Shown piece by piece: positions 31,630-41,085 of a DNA stretch of 64,000 nucleotides. Below the pieces are notes generated by a model. It did not search any database and was not told where the DNA came from. It was given only the letters and a program-made list of their open reading frames with translations. The stretch is taken from positions 1,026-65,025 of the forward strand of contig JBEDDI010000006.1 in assembly GCA_041176265.1 (NCBI GenBank), given 5' to 3'. The first letter of the stretch is position 1. Every line of letters starts with the position of its first letter. The position numbers and the translations under genes are program-made. Source of the stretch: Actinomycetota bacterium. Lineage in GTDB: Bacteria > Actinomycetota > Actinomycetes > Actinomycetales > Microbacteriaceae.

Positions 31630-33426
31630 CTAGTTGTCTAGGTAGTCGCGCAGCATCTGAGAACGAGAAGGGTGACGGAGCTTCGACATGGTCTTCTGCT
31701 CAATCTGTCGGATTCGTTCACGAGTGACGCCGAACTCTTCGCCGATCTGGTCGAGGGTCTTCTGAACTCCATCACCGAGACCGAAGCGTGAGCGGATTAC
31801 GCCCGCCTCTCGCGGGTGCAGCGAGTTGAGGATGCGATCCAGTTCTCCCTGGAGCATTGTGAATCCAACAGCGTCTGCTGGCACTACCGCCTCGGTGTCC
31901 TCAATTAGGTCACCGAACTCGCTATCGCCATCCTCGCCAAGCGGGGTCGAGAGTGAAATCGGCTCGCGACCATACTTCTGAACCTCGACAACCTTTTCAG
32001 GTGTCATGTCGAGTTCGCGAGCAATTTCTTCGGGGCTTGGCTCGCGGCCTAGGTCCTGCAGAAGCTGACGCTGCACGCGCGCGAGCTTGTTGATGACCTC
32101 AACCATATGAACCGGAATTCGGATGGTGCGCGCCTGGTCCGCCATGGCGCGGGTAATGGCCTGACGAATCCACCAGGTGGCGTAGGTCGAGAACTTGTAG
32201 CCCTTGGTGTAGTCGAACTTTTCAACGGCACGAATTAGGCCGAGGTTTCCCTCCTGAATCAGGTCGAGGAACTGCATGCCGCGGCCGGTGTAACGCTTGG
32301 CGAGACTCACGACCAGACGGAGGTTGGCCTCGAGCAGGTGGCTCTTTGCCTTCTGGCCGTCCTTGACGACCCAGCGCAAGTCGCGCTCCATTTCGCGAGA
32401 TAGGTTCTTGCTGGTGGCAAGCTTCTCTTCGGCGAAAAGGCCGGCTTCGATACGCTTCGCGAGTTCTACCTCTAGCTCTGCGTTGAGAAGCGCAACTTTT
32501 CCGATCTGCTTTAAGTAGTCCTTGACCGGGTCGGCTGTTGCACCGGTGATAGTCGTGGACTGTACAGGGATGTCTTCGTCTTCGCTGTGGCGAATAATTA
32601 CGGCACCGCGTCCCTCGAGCTCCTGCTTGGTCTCGGCGTCAATCGGGTGTTCTTCATCGTGGTGCTCGTCGACGAGGACCTCTGGAACAGCCTCAACGAC
32701 CTCGGCTTCTGGCGTTGCCTCAGCCTCTTCTGGCACAGCGCCGAACTCGTCGTCTTCCTCGTCGATTTCGTCGTCGCCGTCCATACCCTTCGGCAGCTTG
32801 GCTGCCTTTGGGGCTTTGGCAGTCTTGGCAGGCTTTGCCACGGCGGCCTTGCCCTTCTTTGCCGGTGCAGCTGCATCCACTTCGATTTGCTCGACAGCTG
32901 CGTCCTCGGTCTTGGCTACCTTGGTCGCTTTCGCAGTCGACTTCGCCTGAGCCTTGACTTCAGGCTTTGCGACTGGCTTTGTGGTGGTCTTAGCCGAGGC
33001 CTTAGCCGGCGTGCCCTCGGTCTTTTTGACCGCAGCCTTCGGGGCAGCCTTCTCCGCCTTCTTTGCGGGAGCCTTAGTTTCTGCCTTTGCCACCGGCTTT
33101 GCCTTCGGTTCGGCTACGGTTCCAGCCTTCTTCGCGGTGGCCTTTGCTGCAGGGGTGGTCTTGGTGCTTGAAGCTGGAATGATACTTGTTTCCTTCTTTG
33201 ATGATCCCCCGGTGGTCTTCGGCTTTGGCTCCGCCGCAGGTTTGCTAACAGCAGGCTTCTTCAGTACCGGCTTTGTTGCTGGTTTCGAAACTTGCTTGGG
33301 CTTCTCGGCCACCTCCGGCTTCACCTGCGCAACCGGCGTCGGCTCGGCACTCTGATTTGGGTGCAGTAGGCGATCCAGGAAGCTGCGCTTCTTGGACTGA
33401 GGGTTCTGTGAATCCTTGTTAGCCAT
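31630..33426 (-). CDS. sigA: Principal RNA polymerase sigma factor (group 1, SigA/HrdB/RpoD)
   Basis: 598 aa. Region 1.2 [19 protein letters not shown], region 2 [40 protein letters not shown], and region 4 [20 protein letters not shown]. Preceded by a long basic and then acidic N-terminal extension. Confidence 0.96.
   Translation of the reverse strand: MANKDSQNPQSKKRSFLDRLLHPNQSAEPTPVAQVKPEVAEKPKQVSKPATKPVLKKPAVSKPAAEPKPKTTGGSSKKETSIIPASSTKTTPAAKATAKKAGTVAEPKAKPVAKAETKAPAKKAEKAAPKAAVKKTEGTPAKASAKTTTKPVAKPEVKAQAKSTAKATKVAKTEDAAVEQIEVDAAAPAKKGKAAVAKPAKTAKAPKAAKLPKGMDGDDEIDEEDDEFGAVPEEAEATPEAEVVEAVPEVLVDEHHDEEHPIDAETKQELEGRGAVIIRHSEDEDIPVQSTTITGATADPVKDYLKQIGKVALLNAELEVELAKRIEAGLFAEEKLATSKNLSREMERDLRWVVKDGQKAKSHLLEANLRLVVSLAKRYTGRGMQFLDLIQEGNLGLIRAVEKFDYTKGYKFSTYATWWIRQAITRAMADQARTIRIPVHMVEVINKLARVQRQLLQDLGREPSPEEIARELDMTPEKVVEVQKYGREPISLSTPLGEDGDSEFGDLIEDTEAVVPADAVGFTMLQGELDRILNSLHPREAGVIRSRFGLGDGVQKTLDQIGEEFGVTRERIRQIEQKTMSKLRHPSRSQMLRDYLDN
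32788..33333 (-). repeat. Coding low-complexity K/A/P/T-rich (histone-H1-like) segment of sigA
   Basis: Residues about 32-213 read ...[43 protein letters not shown]... with roughly one Lys in four. An acidic block [13 protein letters not shown]...DEHHDEEH follows. Confidence 0.8.
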
Positions 33427-33605
33427 GACGACCTTTCGGGCTGTCTGCCTGAGATTGGTTCAGTGAAACACCTGCTCCGGGCATTAGTTAGACCCATGTC
33501 AAGTCGGCAAGCGACAAGAATGGGTCAGTCCTTGAATTATCGCATGGAATACCGACATTTACCCGTTTTCGCGTATTTGTCTGTTGCGAGTCACGGTAAA
33601 ACCGA

Positions 33606-34883
33606 TCAGAGACCGGCATTATTCCCATAACGCGACTTTGCCTTTTTGCGCTCTACCAGGAAACCGATAACGCCGACGGCGATAACGGCGAACTGAATTG
33701 GCAGCGCCAGACGAAAGCCGTCTAGCGAATAGAGGCCGTCAGTCCACCCGGAGCGCAAGGCAAAATCGAGCAGCAGCCCGACTAGAAACATCGTCACGAA
33801 GGTGGCCAGGAAACCGCCAATGTTGGCGACCCCATTGGCGGAGCCGAGGCGGTGCGGGGGCACGAGCTTGCGAGTGAAGTCGAATGCCATCATGCTGGCT
33901 GGACCACCAGACCCGATGACAAGTATCAGCAGGACAATGACCCACAGCGGTGCCGGACCGCTCCAGGCAAGGACGACAGACCATAGGGCTACCACAGCAC
34001 CCGCAGTCGTTATGACCACGCGGGAGCGCCAGTGTGGCCGATTCGCACAAATAGCCGAGAAGACCGGGCCGGCCGCAAAACCGATAGCAACAAAGGAAGC
34101 AATAAGCCCGGACGCGACTTCGGCGGGCAATTGTTGAGCCGACGTGAGGAATGTGTACCCCCACAACAAGACGAAGACGGACCCACTGAACTGCGTCGTG
34201 AAGTGTGTCCAGAAAGCTAGTCGCACCGCAGGGTCACGCAGATTCTGGCGAAGGTTGCCAATCAACTCCGCTGTACTGCTCGCTGGTAGCGCGCGGTTGC
34301 CCTGGCGCGAATCCCGCACTAACAGAAGCGTGCAGATCGCCCCTAGGACCGCGAGAGCCGCCAGGAGGTAGAACGCGTTAGCCCATCCACTTGCATGCAG
34401 GAATGCTGCGAACGGAATCGCAGAGAAGACCTGGCCGAGCTGGCCTATGTTGGCGAAGAGCTGCGTTCGACGAGTTGCGGCTGAACCTTTGTACCAGTTG
34501 TCGATGAGGCGAATCATCGAGATAAAAGTGAAGGCGTCGCCAATACCGAGAAGTGCTCGTCCAGCCACGGCCACTTCAAACGTATTTGTGCTCGCGACCA
34601 GCATCTGCCCCGAAGCCATTAACAGCCCACCCACAACGAGCAGGCGCCTCGAGCCAAAACGGTCTAGAAGGACGCCAACCGGGATTTGCATCGCGGCATA
34701 GACAATCAGTTGGAAAACAGTCAGCGACGACAATTGCGCGGCTGAGATGCCGAACCGGTTCGACGCGTCAAGCGCCGCAACCCCTAGGCTCGAACGCTCC
34801 GCGACGGCAATGAAGTATGCCAGCACAGCAAAGAAGGACACCACGCCCGCACTGCGCGATCTGGATGCCCGGCTGCCCTTCAT
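33606..34883 (-). CDS. MFS transporter
   Basis: 425 aa, about 12 TM helices. Loop motif GVLLDRFGSRRLL between TM2 and TM3. Confidence 0.8.
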   Translation of the reverse strand: MKGSRASRSRSAGVVSFFAVLAYFIAVAERSSLGVAALDASNRFGISAAQLSSLTVFQLIVYAAMQIPVGVLLDRFGSRRLLVVGGLLMASGQMLVASTNTFEVAVAGRALLGIGDAFTFISMIRLIDNWYKGSAATRRTQLFANIGQLGQVFSAIPFAAFLHASGWANAFYLLAALAVLGAICTLLLVRDSRQGNRALPASSTAELIGNLRQNLRDPAVRLAFWTHFTTQFSGSVFVLLWGYTFLTSAQQLPAEVASGLIASFVAIGFAAGPVFSAICANRPHWRSRVVITTAGAVVALWSVVLAWSGPAPLWVIVLLILVIGSGGPASMMAFDFTRKLVPPHRLGSANGVANIGGFLATFVTMFLVGLLLDFALRSGWTDGLYSLDGFRLALPIQFAVIAVGVIGFLVERKKAKSRYGNNAGL

Positions 34884-34906
34884 TCGGTCAAGCGTAAACT
34901 AGCGCG

Positions 34907-35731
34907 ATGCGCACCGCTCTGATTACCGGAGGCTCCCGCGGACTTGGCCTGGCCACCGCGCGCCAGCTGGGCTCGCTTGGCTACACGCTTGAGCTGATCA
35001 GCAGCAGCCAGACAAACCTAGAAGCGGCAGCAGCTGACTTGCGAGTGCGTGGACTTACCGTTGGGGACACGCATGTCGTGGATTTTGCGGATCTCGAATC
35101 GGTGAAAGCCTTCGCTCGGGAATACCGCGAACGCGAGGTCGAATGGGATCTCCTGATCAACAACGCTGGAATCAAAATCCAGGACGATGCCTCCGCTAGC
35201 GCGCAAGGCTATGAGCGACACATGGCCATCAACCACCTGGCACACTTCGCGCTCACCAACGCACTCCTCCCCCTCGGTAGGCCAGGCGCTCGCGTCGTGC
35301 ATGTCTCATCCATCGTGGCCAGATTTGCCGACGCAGACATTTTCACTGCTAAGGACACATCGGAACGATATGCGTCTAGCAAACTCGCAAACTTACTGTT
35401 CGGGTTCGAGCTCCAACGCAGATTGGCGGCTTCGGGTTCGACCATTACTTCAGTTTCCGCACATCCGGGGTTTACTAAGGCAGACCCCTATGGATCGCGG
35501 TTCACCCGCTTCGCCGAAACGATGATGGGCCAATCGACCATGCGAGGGGCGCTGCCGATAATCGCAGCGGCGACGCAAGATTACGACGCTCAATATATCG
35601 GCCCGCGATGGCTCGAACTCTGGGGAGCTCCACGGGCTGCAAGGGTACCCGCCCTTGCAAACGATGAAGTTCTGCGTAGCGAGGTCTGGGCAGCCAGCGA
35701 AAGAATGACTGGAGTCATCTTCCCGCTCTAG
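34907..35731 (+). CDS. SDR-family oxidoreductase
   Basis: 274 aa. ITGGSRGLGLATA (TGxxxGxG), NNAG and YASSK (YxxxK). Confidence 0.85.
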   Translation: MRTALITGGSRGLGLATARQLGSLGYTLELISSSQTNLEAAAADLRVRGLTVGDTHVVDFADLESVKAFAREYREREVEWDLLINNAGIKIQDDASASAQGYERHMAINHLAHFALTNALLPLGRPGARVVHVSSIVARFADADIFTAKDTSERYASSKLANLLFGFELQRRLAASGSTITSVSAHPGFTKADPYGSRFTRFAETMMGQSTMRGALPIIAAATQDYDAQYIGPRWLELWGAPRAARVPALANDEVLRSEVWAASERMTGVIFPL

Positions 35732-36678
35732 GACTGGCCTCCACCGGTAGTCTCGCCCGTTCCGGCGCTGTCATCGGCATTGCGCGCCCTTGCCGCCAAG
35801 AAATCTTCGAGTTCGGCCGCTAGCGTGTCGGCATCTGGAACCAATTTTTGCTTGCTCGTAAGCGGTGTCTTGGACGGGCCAACATTCGTCTGCTGGTAGC
35901 TCGCTTCAAGGTTTGCGATCATTCGCTGGAGGTCCTCGTTTTCGCTCACCTGGCGAGACAGCTTTTCCACAAAATCGCTGTTGGCTTCGCGCAACTCATC
36001 GGTACCAAAGACGAGGCCCGTGTAAGCCATTATGTGTTCTAACGCACGTACGCCAGCGGCCGGAAACTCGCTGTCGGCGAGGTAGTGCGGCACGAGAAGC
36101 ACGTAACCAACAGTGGGGAAATTACTGCTGGCGAGGGTGTGCTCGATAAGGTGCAGGACGTTACCTGGCACCTGCGTTTGAGGCTTCCACTCCGACACTG
36201 CGTCGATGATTTCGCGACGATTGCCGCTCACCGTTACGCCCAATTCTCGCGTGTGCGGAATCGGGAATGGGATTGCGTGCACCCAAGTGAAATCCTCAAC
36301 AGCAAGTTCTTCGATGATCAGCTCGATTGCCTCACTGAACGCTTCCCAGCGGAAATCTGGCTCGTAACCGTGCAGGAATAGGAACGGCTGTTTAGCTTCG
36401 TCCCAAACCAGATACACGGCTAGTGATGGAGGGTCGTATTCGGTGATGTGGTCCTTTTCGAAGAACATCACAGGACGCCTAGAGCGGTAGTCGAGCAGCT
36501 CGTCGTTATCGAAGGCCAGCACCAATTGATGATCAAACTGCTTGAAGATCTGCTCCGACACCTGGTCCAGCGTCGATCCGGCATCCGTGAATCCGCTTAG
36601 CGCGGCGATGAGATGCAGCGATTCCGGCACCTGAGGCGCATCGTCGCTGAACTCGTAAAGGTCTCGGGCATCAAGCAC
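35728..36678 (-). CDS. PAC2 (proteasome assembly chaperone 2)-family protein
   Basis: 316 aa. LIAALSGFTDAGST and LLVPHYL are characteristic of actinobacterial PAC2-family proteins. Acidic/Gly-rich tail. Confidence 0.7.
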   Translation of the reverse strand: MLDARDLYEFSDDAPQVPESLHLIAALSGFTDAGSTLDQVSEQIFKQFDHQLVLAFDNDELLDYRSRRPVMFFEKDHITEYDPPSLAVYLVWDEAKQPFLFLHGYEPDFRWEAFSEAIELIIEELAVEDFTWVHAIPFPIPHTRELGVTVSGNRREIIDAVSEWKPQTQVPGNVLHLIEHTLASSNFPTVGYVLLVPHYLADSEFPAAGVRALEHIMAYTGLVFGTDELREANSDFVEKLSRQVSENEDLQRMIANLEASYQQTNVGPSKTPLTSKQKLVPDADTLAAELEDFLAARARNADDSAGTGETTGGGQS

Positions 36679-36749
36679 AGAAAAATCCTAACTTCGACTT
36701 GCTTGCTTTAAGTCGCCTCGACTGCCTTGTTCGCGGTTAGCATGAAGGA

Positions 36750-38252
36750 ATGACTAGCTCAAAGTTGACTGTTATTTCAAAACTTCCTTCGGCCCTCAAG
36801 GATTCCGTCGTGGTCGTCGGCCTAAGGAAGGACGGCGATGCGCTCGTCGCCGTTGACTCTGGAGCGACAGGTTCCGCCGTCGCGGCTGGTCGCCTGAAGC
36901 ACCTTAACCTCCAGGCCCTCGGCGCCTCAGCAACGATCGAATCCATCACCCGCGTTGCGCTGGCCGATGGCAGCGTCTTCGCGCTCGTCGGACTCGGATC
37001 GGGAGCGCTCAGCGTCGATGAGGCGCGTGGCCTCGGTGGAGCCCTGGGTCGGCACTTTAGCGACACCACAAGAATCATTCTCGACCTGCCGCTAACCTCT
37101 GCCAATCACGTAGCAGCTACCCTCGAGGGCGCTGCTGTCGGCAACTACCTCTTCGAGGACTACAAGGGCACCAAGAAGGGCCTCAAGCTCAAGGACATCG
37201 CTGTTGTCTCGAGCAAGAAGGTGGCAAGCGCCGAGATTGCACGCATCGGAATTCTGGCCGACTCTGTTCACACGACCCGTGACCTCATCAACATGCCGCC
37301 CAACGACTTGTACCCTTCAGCGGTTGCCGCTCACGTTGCTAAGTCGGTAAAGGGTCTGCCTCTGAAGGTGACGGTCTGGGATGAGAAGAAGCTCGCGGCC
37401 GACAAGATTGTTGGCATCCTGGCCGTGGGTCAGGGCTCGACACGCGGCCCACGAATGGTCAAGATCGAGTACGCGCCAAAGGGAGCCAAGGCCTCCCTGG
37501 CCCTGGTCGGCAAGGGCATCACCTTCGATAGCGGTGGCCTCTCACTTAAGCCAAGCGCCTCAATGCTAGGCATGAAGCACGACATGGCTGGCGCTGCCAC
37601 GGTTTACCAGTCGATGCTCGCAATCGCGCGTCTCGGCCTCAACGTGAAGGTAACCGCATACCTGTGCCTCGCCGAGAACTTGCCGAGCGGTTCGGCATCG
37701 CGCCCGAACGACGTGATTCGCTACCGCAACGGCAAGACCGTCGAAATTACCAACACCGATGCCGAAGGACGCCTTGTCCTGGCAGATGGCCTGATCTCGG
37801 CATCGAAGGACAACCCTGACCTGATTGTCGACGTTGCCACCCTGACCGGTGCCGCAACCGTCGCCCTCGGAAACCGTCTAACCGGTGTGATGGCGGTCGG
37901 CAACGGCTTCAACAAGGTGCAGGCCGCAGCCGCAGCCGCAGGCGAGGCTGTCTGGCACATGCCGCTGCCTGCCGAGCTGATGAAGAATCTCGACAGCGAT
38001 GTCGCCGACTTCATGAACGCAAAGGTCGGCAACCCAGCTGGTGGCATGCTCGTGGGTGGCTTGTTCCTGAAGGAATTTGTCGGCGACCGTCCTGCAAAGA
38101 AGGGCACTGAGGCACAGCAAATCGACTGGGCGCACTTGGACATCGCGAACACGGCAGACAATGACAAGGCGCCTTACGGCTACATCGGTCGCGGTGCTAC
38201 CGGAGTCGCAGTCCGCACCCTCGTGGCACTAGCCGAACATTCGGTCAAGTAA
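36750..38252 (+). CDS. pepA: Leucyl aminopeptidase (M17)
   Basis: 500 aa. VGKGITFDSGGLSLKP and the NTDAEGRLVLADG signature. Confidence 0.93.
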   Translation: MTSSKLTVISKLPSALKDSVVVVGLRKDGDALVAVDSGATGSAVAAGRLKHLNLQALGASATIESITRVALADGSVFALVGLGSGALSVDEARGLGGALGRHFSDTTRIILDLPLTSANHVAATLEGAAVGNYLFEDYKGTKKGLKLKDIAVVSSKKVASAEIARIGILADSVHTTRDLINMPPNDLYPSAVAAHVAKSVKGLPLKVTVWDEKKLAADKIVGILAVGQGSTRGPRMVKIEYAPKGAKASLALVGKGITFDSGGLSLKPSASMLGMKHDMAGAATVYQSMLAIARLGLNVKVTAYLCLAENLPSGSASRPNDVIRYRNGKTVEITNTDAEGRLVLADGLISASKDNPDLIVDVATLTGAATVALGNRLTGVMAVGNGFNKVQAAAAAAGEAVWHMPLPAELMKNLDSDVADFMNAKVGNPAGGMLVGGLFLKEFVGDRPAKKGTEAQQIDWAHLDIANTADNDKAPYGYIGRGATGVAVRTLVALAEHSVK

Positions 38253-38317
38253 TAAGACCGAACCTATTGGTAGTAAAGTTTTAAGCGCTATTAGCCCTAC
38301 TGTTTGGAGCATATTTC

Positions 38318-39694
38318 GTGGCTGACCACAATTTCGACGTAGTAATTCTCGGTGGCGGTAGCGGCGGTTACGCTGCTGCACTGCGTTCCGCACAGCTGGG
38401 CAAGTCTGTAGCCCTCATCGAGAAAGACAAGCTCGGCGGCACCTGCCTTCACCGCGGTTGCATACCGACCAAGGCTCTCCTTCACTCGGCTGAGGTTGCT
38501 GACGTCGTCAAGGAATCGGCACACGTTGGCGTTGAGTCAACCTTCGGCTCGATCAACATGCCCGTGGTCAACAAGTACCGCGACGGAATCATCGACCGCC
38601 TTTACAAGGGGCTTTCTGGCCTCGTTGCCTCGAAGGCAATCACCCTGGTTACTGGCGAAGGACGCCTCGTAGCCCCTAAGACTGTTCAGGTCAACGGTGA
38701 CAACTACACCGGCGCTAACGTGATCCTCGCTTCGGGTTCATACAGCCGAAGCCTGCCTGGCCTCGAAATCGGCGGCCGTGTCATCACCTCAGAGCACGCC
38801 CTGCAGCTCGACTTCGTTCCTGGCAAGGTAATCGTTCTGGGCGGTGGCGTCATCGGCGTCGAGTTCGCTTCGATCTGGAAGTCATTTGGCGCAGAGGTCA
38901 CCATCGTCGAAGGCTTGAACCACCTGGTTCCAAACGAGGATGAGGCCGTTTCGAAGGGACTCGAGCGCGCGTTCCGCAAGCGCGGCATCGACTTCAAACT
39001 TGGCGTGCGCTTCTCGGGAGTCGAGCAGCACGAAAACGGCGTCGTCGTCTCGCTCGAAAACGGCGAAAAGCTTGAGGCAGAGCTCATGCTCGTCGCAGTA
39101 GGCCGCGGACCAAACACCGCTGGTCTCGGCTACGAAGAAAACGGCGTCGCAATGGACCGCGGCTTCGTACTGACTAACGAACGCCTACAGACCTCGGTAC
39201 CTGGCGTATACGCGGCCGGAGATATCGTGCCTGGCCTGCAGCTCGCTCACCGTGGCTTCCAGCAGGGCATTTTCATTGCCGAGGAGATCGCCGGCATGAA
39301 CCCAGTTGCTATCGACGAAAACGGCATCCCGAAGGTCACTTACTGCGAGCCTGAGGTTGCGTCGGTTGGCCTTACCGAGGCGAAGGCTGCTGAGAAGTAC
39401 GGCGCCGAGAACATCTCGACTTACGAGTACAACTTGGGTGGTAACGGCAAGAGCCAGATCCTCGGTACCGCCGGATTCATCAAGCTCGTTCGCCGCAACA
39501 ACGGCCCAGTAATCGGCGTCCACATGATCGGTTCGCGTGTCGGCGAGCAGATCGGCGAGGCACAGCTAATCGTGAACTGGGAGGCACACCCTGAGGATGT
39601 CGCAACCCTAATCCACGCCCACCCAACCATGAACGAAGCCATCGGCGAGGCACACCTCGCTCTGGCCGGCAAGCCACTTCACGCCCACGCGTAA
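38318..39694 (+). CDS. lpdA: Dihydrolipoyl dehydrogenase (E3)
   Basis: 458 aa. FDVVILGGGSGGY, redox disulfide GGTCLHRGCIPTK and C-terminal HAHPTMNEA. Confidence 0.95.
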   Translation: MADHNFDVVILGGGSGGYAAALRSAQLGKSVALIEKDKLGGTCLHRGCIPTKALLHSAEVADVVKESAHVGVESTFGSINMPVVNKYRDGIIDRLYKGLSGLVASKAITLVTGEGRLVAPKTVQVNGDNYTGANVILASGSYSRSLPGLEIGGRVITSEHALQLDFVPGKVIVLGGGVIGVEFASIWKSFGAEVTIVEGLNHLVPNEDEAVSKGLERAFRKRGIDFKLGVRFSGVEQHENGVVVSLENGEKLEAELMLVAVGRGPNTAGLGYEENGVAMDRGFVLTNERLQTSVPGVYAAGDIVPGLQLAHRGFQQGIFIAEEIAGMNPVAIDENGIPKVTYCEPEVASVGLTEAKAAEKYGAENISTYEYNLGGNGKSQILGTAGFIKLVRRNNGPVIGVHMIGSRVGEQIGEAQLIVNWEAHPEDVATLIHAHPTMNEAIGEAHLALAGKPLHAHA

Positions 39695-39715
39695 GCCAAT
39701 CAAGGAGTAACCGAA

Positions 39716-41074
39716 ATGAGCGAAGTACGTCTTCCAGCGCTTGGCGAGAGCGTAACCGAGGGTACCGTCACCCGATGGATCAAGAAGGTCGGCGACACCG
39801 TCGCCGTCGATGAGCCACTGGTAGAAGTCTCGACCGACAAGGTCGACACCGAGATCCCTTCGCCGGTTGCCGGCGTTATCCAGCAGATCCTTGTCCAGGA
39901 AGACGAGACCGTCGAGGTCGGCGCAGTCCTGGCAATCATCGGCGATGGTGCTGCCGCTCCTGCCGAGGCACCTGCCCCCGCAGCCGAGCCAGTCGCTGCC
40001 GCTCCAGCTCCGGTCGTTGAGGCTCCGGCTCCGGTCGCTGCACCTGTTGCAGCCGCCCCAGTGGCCGCTCCAGCTCCTGTAGCCGCCCCGGTTGCTGCCC
40101 CAGTAGCGGCACCGGCACCAGTAGCCGTTCCTGCACCAGTGGCTTCGGCTCCGGTCGCATCGAGCGACGCAGGCTACGTCACCCCGCTGGTTCGCAAGCT
40201 TGCTTCTGAGACCGGCGTCGACCTCTCGGGCGTCGCTGGCACTGGCGTCGGTGGCCGTATCCGCAAGGATGACGTCATCGCAGCCGCCGCTACCCCATCG
40301 GGCTCGGCTGCTGTCTCGACCCCGGCGGCACCGCATGTTCCTGGCGCAGCGTCGCCGCTGCGCGGCACCGTCGAGCCGATGACCCGCCTGCGCAAGGTTC
40401 TTGCCGAGCGCGCTGTGGCATCGATGGTCTCGACCGCCCAGCTCACCTCTGTTGTCGAGGTCGACGTGACCCGTATCGCACAGTTGCGCACCAAGGTTCA
40501 GCCTCAGTTCGTGGCCAAGACCGGTGGCAAGCTGAACTTCATGCCGTTCTTTGCCCTGGCAGCAGCCGAGGCACTGCGCGTGCACCCGAAGATCAACGCA
40601 TCGGTCGATGGTGACAACATCGTCTACCACGGCACCGAGAACATCAGCTTTGCGGTTGACACCGAGCGCGGCCTGCTAACCCCGGTCCTGCGTGACGCAT
40701 CAACCCTTAACATCGCTCAGATCGCCAGCCAGATCGCAGATCTCGCTGCCCGCACCCGCGCCAACCAGCTGAAGCCAGACGAGCTGAGCGGTGGAACCTT
40801 CACCCTGACCAACACGGGCTCGCGCGGCGCGCTGTTCGACACCCCGGTCGTGTTCCTGCCTCAGGTAGCGATCTTGGGTACTGGCATTGTGACCAAGCGC
40901 CCAGTGGTTGTCACCGATGACCTGGGCAACGACACCATCGCTGTTCGCAGCATGGTTTACCTTGCTCTTTCTTACGACCACCGCATCGTCGATGGTGCCG
41001 ACGCAAGCCGCTTCCTGGTTGACGTCAAGAACCGTCTCGAGGCTGGCAACTTCGAGGGTGACCTCGGGCTGTAA
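39716..41074 (+). CDS. sucB: Dihydrolipoamide acyl(succinyl)transferase E2
   Basis: 452 aa. One lipoyl domain (EVSTDKVDTEIPSP), an Ala/Pro linker, E3-binding domain TPLVRKLASETGVDLSGVAGTGVGGRIRKDDV, and catalytic SYDHRIVDGA. Confidence 0.93.
   Translation: MSEVRLPALGESVTEGTVTRWIKKVGDTVAVDEPLVEVSTDKVDTEIPSPVAGVIQQILVQEDETVEVGAVLAIIGDGAAAPAEAPAPAAEPVAAAPAPVVEAPAPVAAPVAAAPVAAPAPVAAPVAAPVAAPAPVAVPAPVASAPVASSDAGYVTPLVRKLASETGVDLSGVAGTGVGGRIRKDDVIAAAATPSGSAAVSTPAAPHVPGAASPLRGTVEPMTRLRKVLAERAVASMVSTAQLTSVVEVDVTRIAQLRTKVQPQFVAKTGGKLNFMPFFALAAAEALRVHPKINASVDGDNIVYHGTENISFAVDTERGLLTPVLRDASTLNIAQIASQIADLAARTRANQLKPDELSGGTFTLTNTGSRGALFDTPVVFLPQVAILGTGIVTKRPVVVTDDLGNDTIAVRSMVYLALSYDHRIVDGADASRFLVDVKNRLEAGNFEGDLGL
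39947..40162 (+). repeat. Coding degenerate tandem repeats (Ala/Pro/Val linker of E2)
   Basis: Residues 78-149 read AAAPAEAPAPAAEPVAAAPAPVVEAPAPVAAPVAAAPVAAPAPVAAPVAAPVAAPAPVAVPAPVASAPVASS. This is a normal flexible E2 linker. Confidence 0.85.
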
Positions 41075-41085
41075 TCCACGCATAA

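Noticed and set aside
35728-36678. PAC2-family 'proteasome chaperone' gene without proteasome genes nearby
   Set aside because: PAC2-family genes are commonly unlinked to prcAB in actinobacteria, and the rest of the genome is not visible. Nothing here can be evaluated from this window.
39947-40162. Short tandem GC-rich repeats (GCxCCxGTxGCx units), considered as a VNTR- or CRISPR-like array
   Set aside because: They are in frame within sucB and encode the usual Ala/Pro/Val inter-domain linker. There is no spacer/repeat regularity and there are no cas genes.
39608-40630. 340-aa ORF on the minus strand opposite sucB
   Set aside because: It is Arg/Gly/Cys/Trp-rich low-complexity sequence, the antisense mirror of the Ala/Pro linker and GC-rich codons of a well-supported E2 gene. 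No motifs. A typical high-GC antisense artefact.
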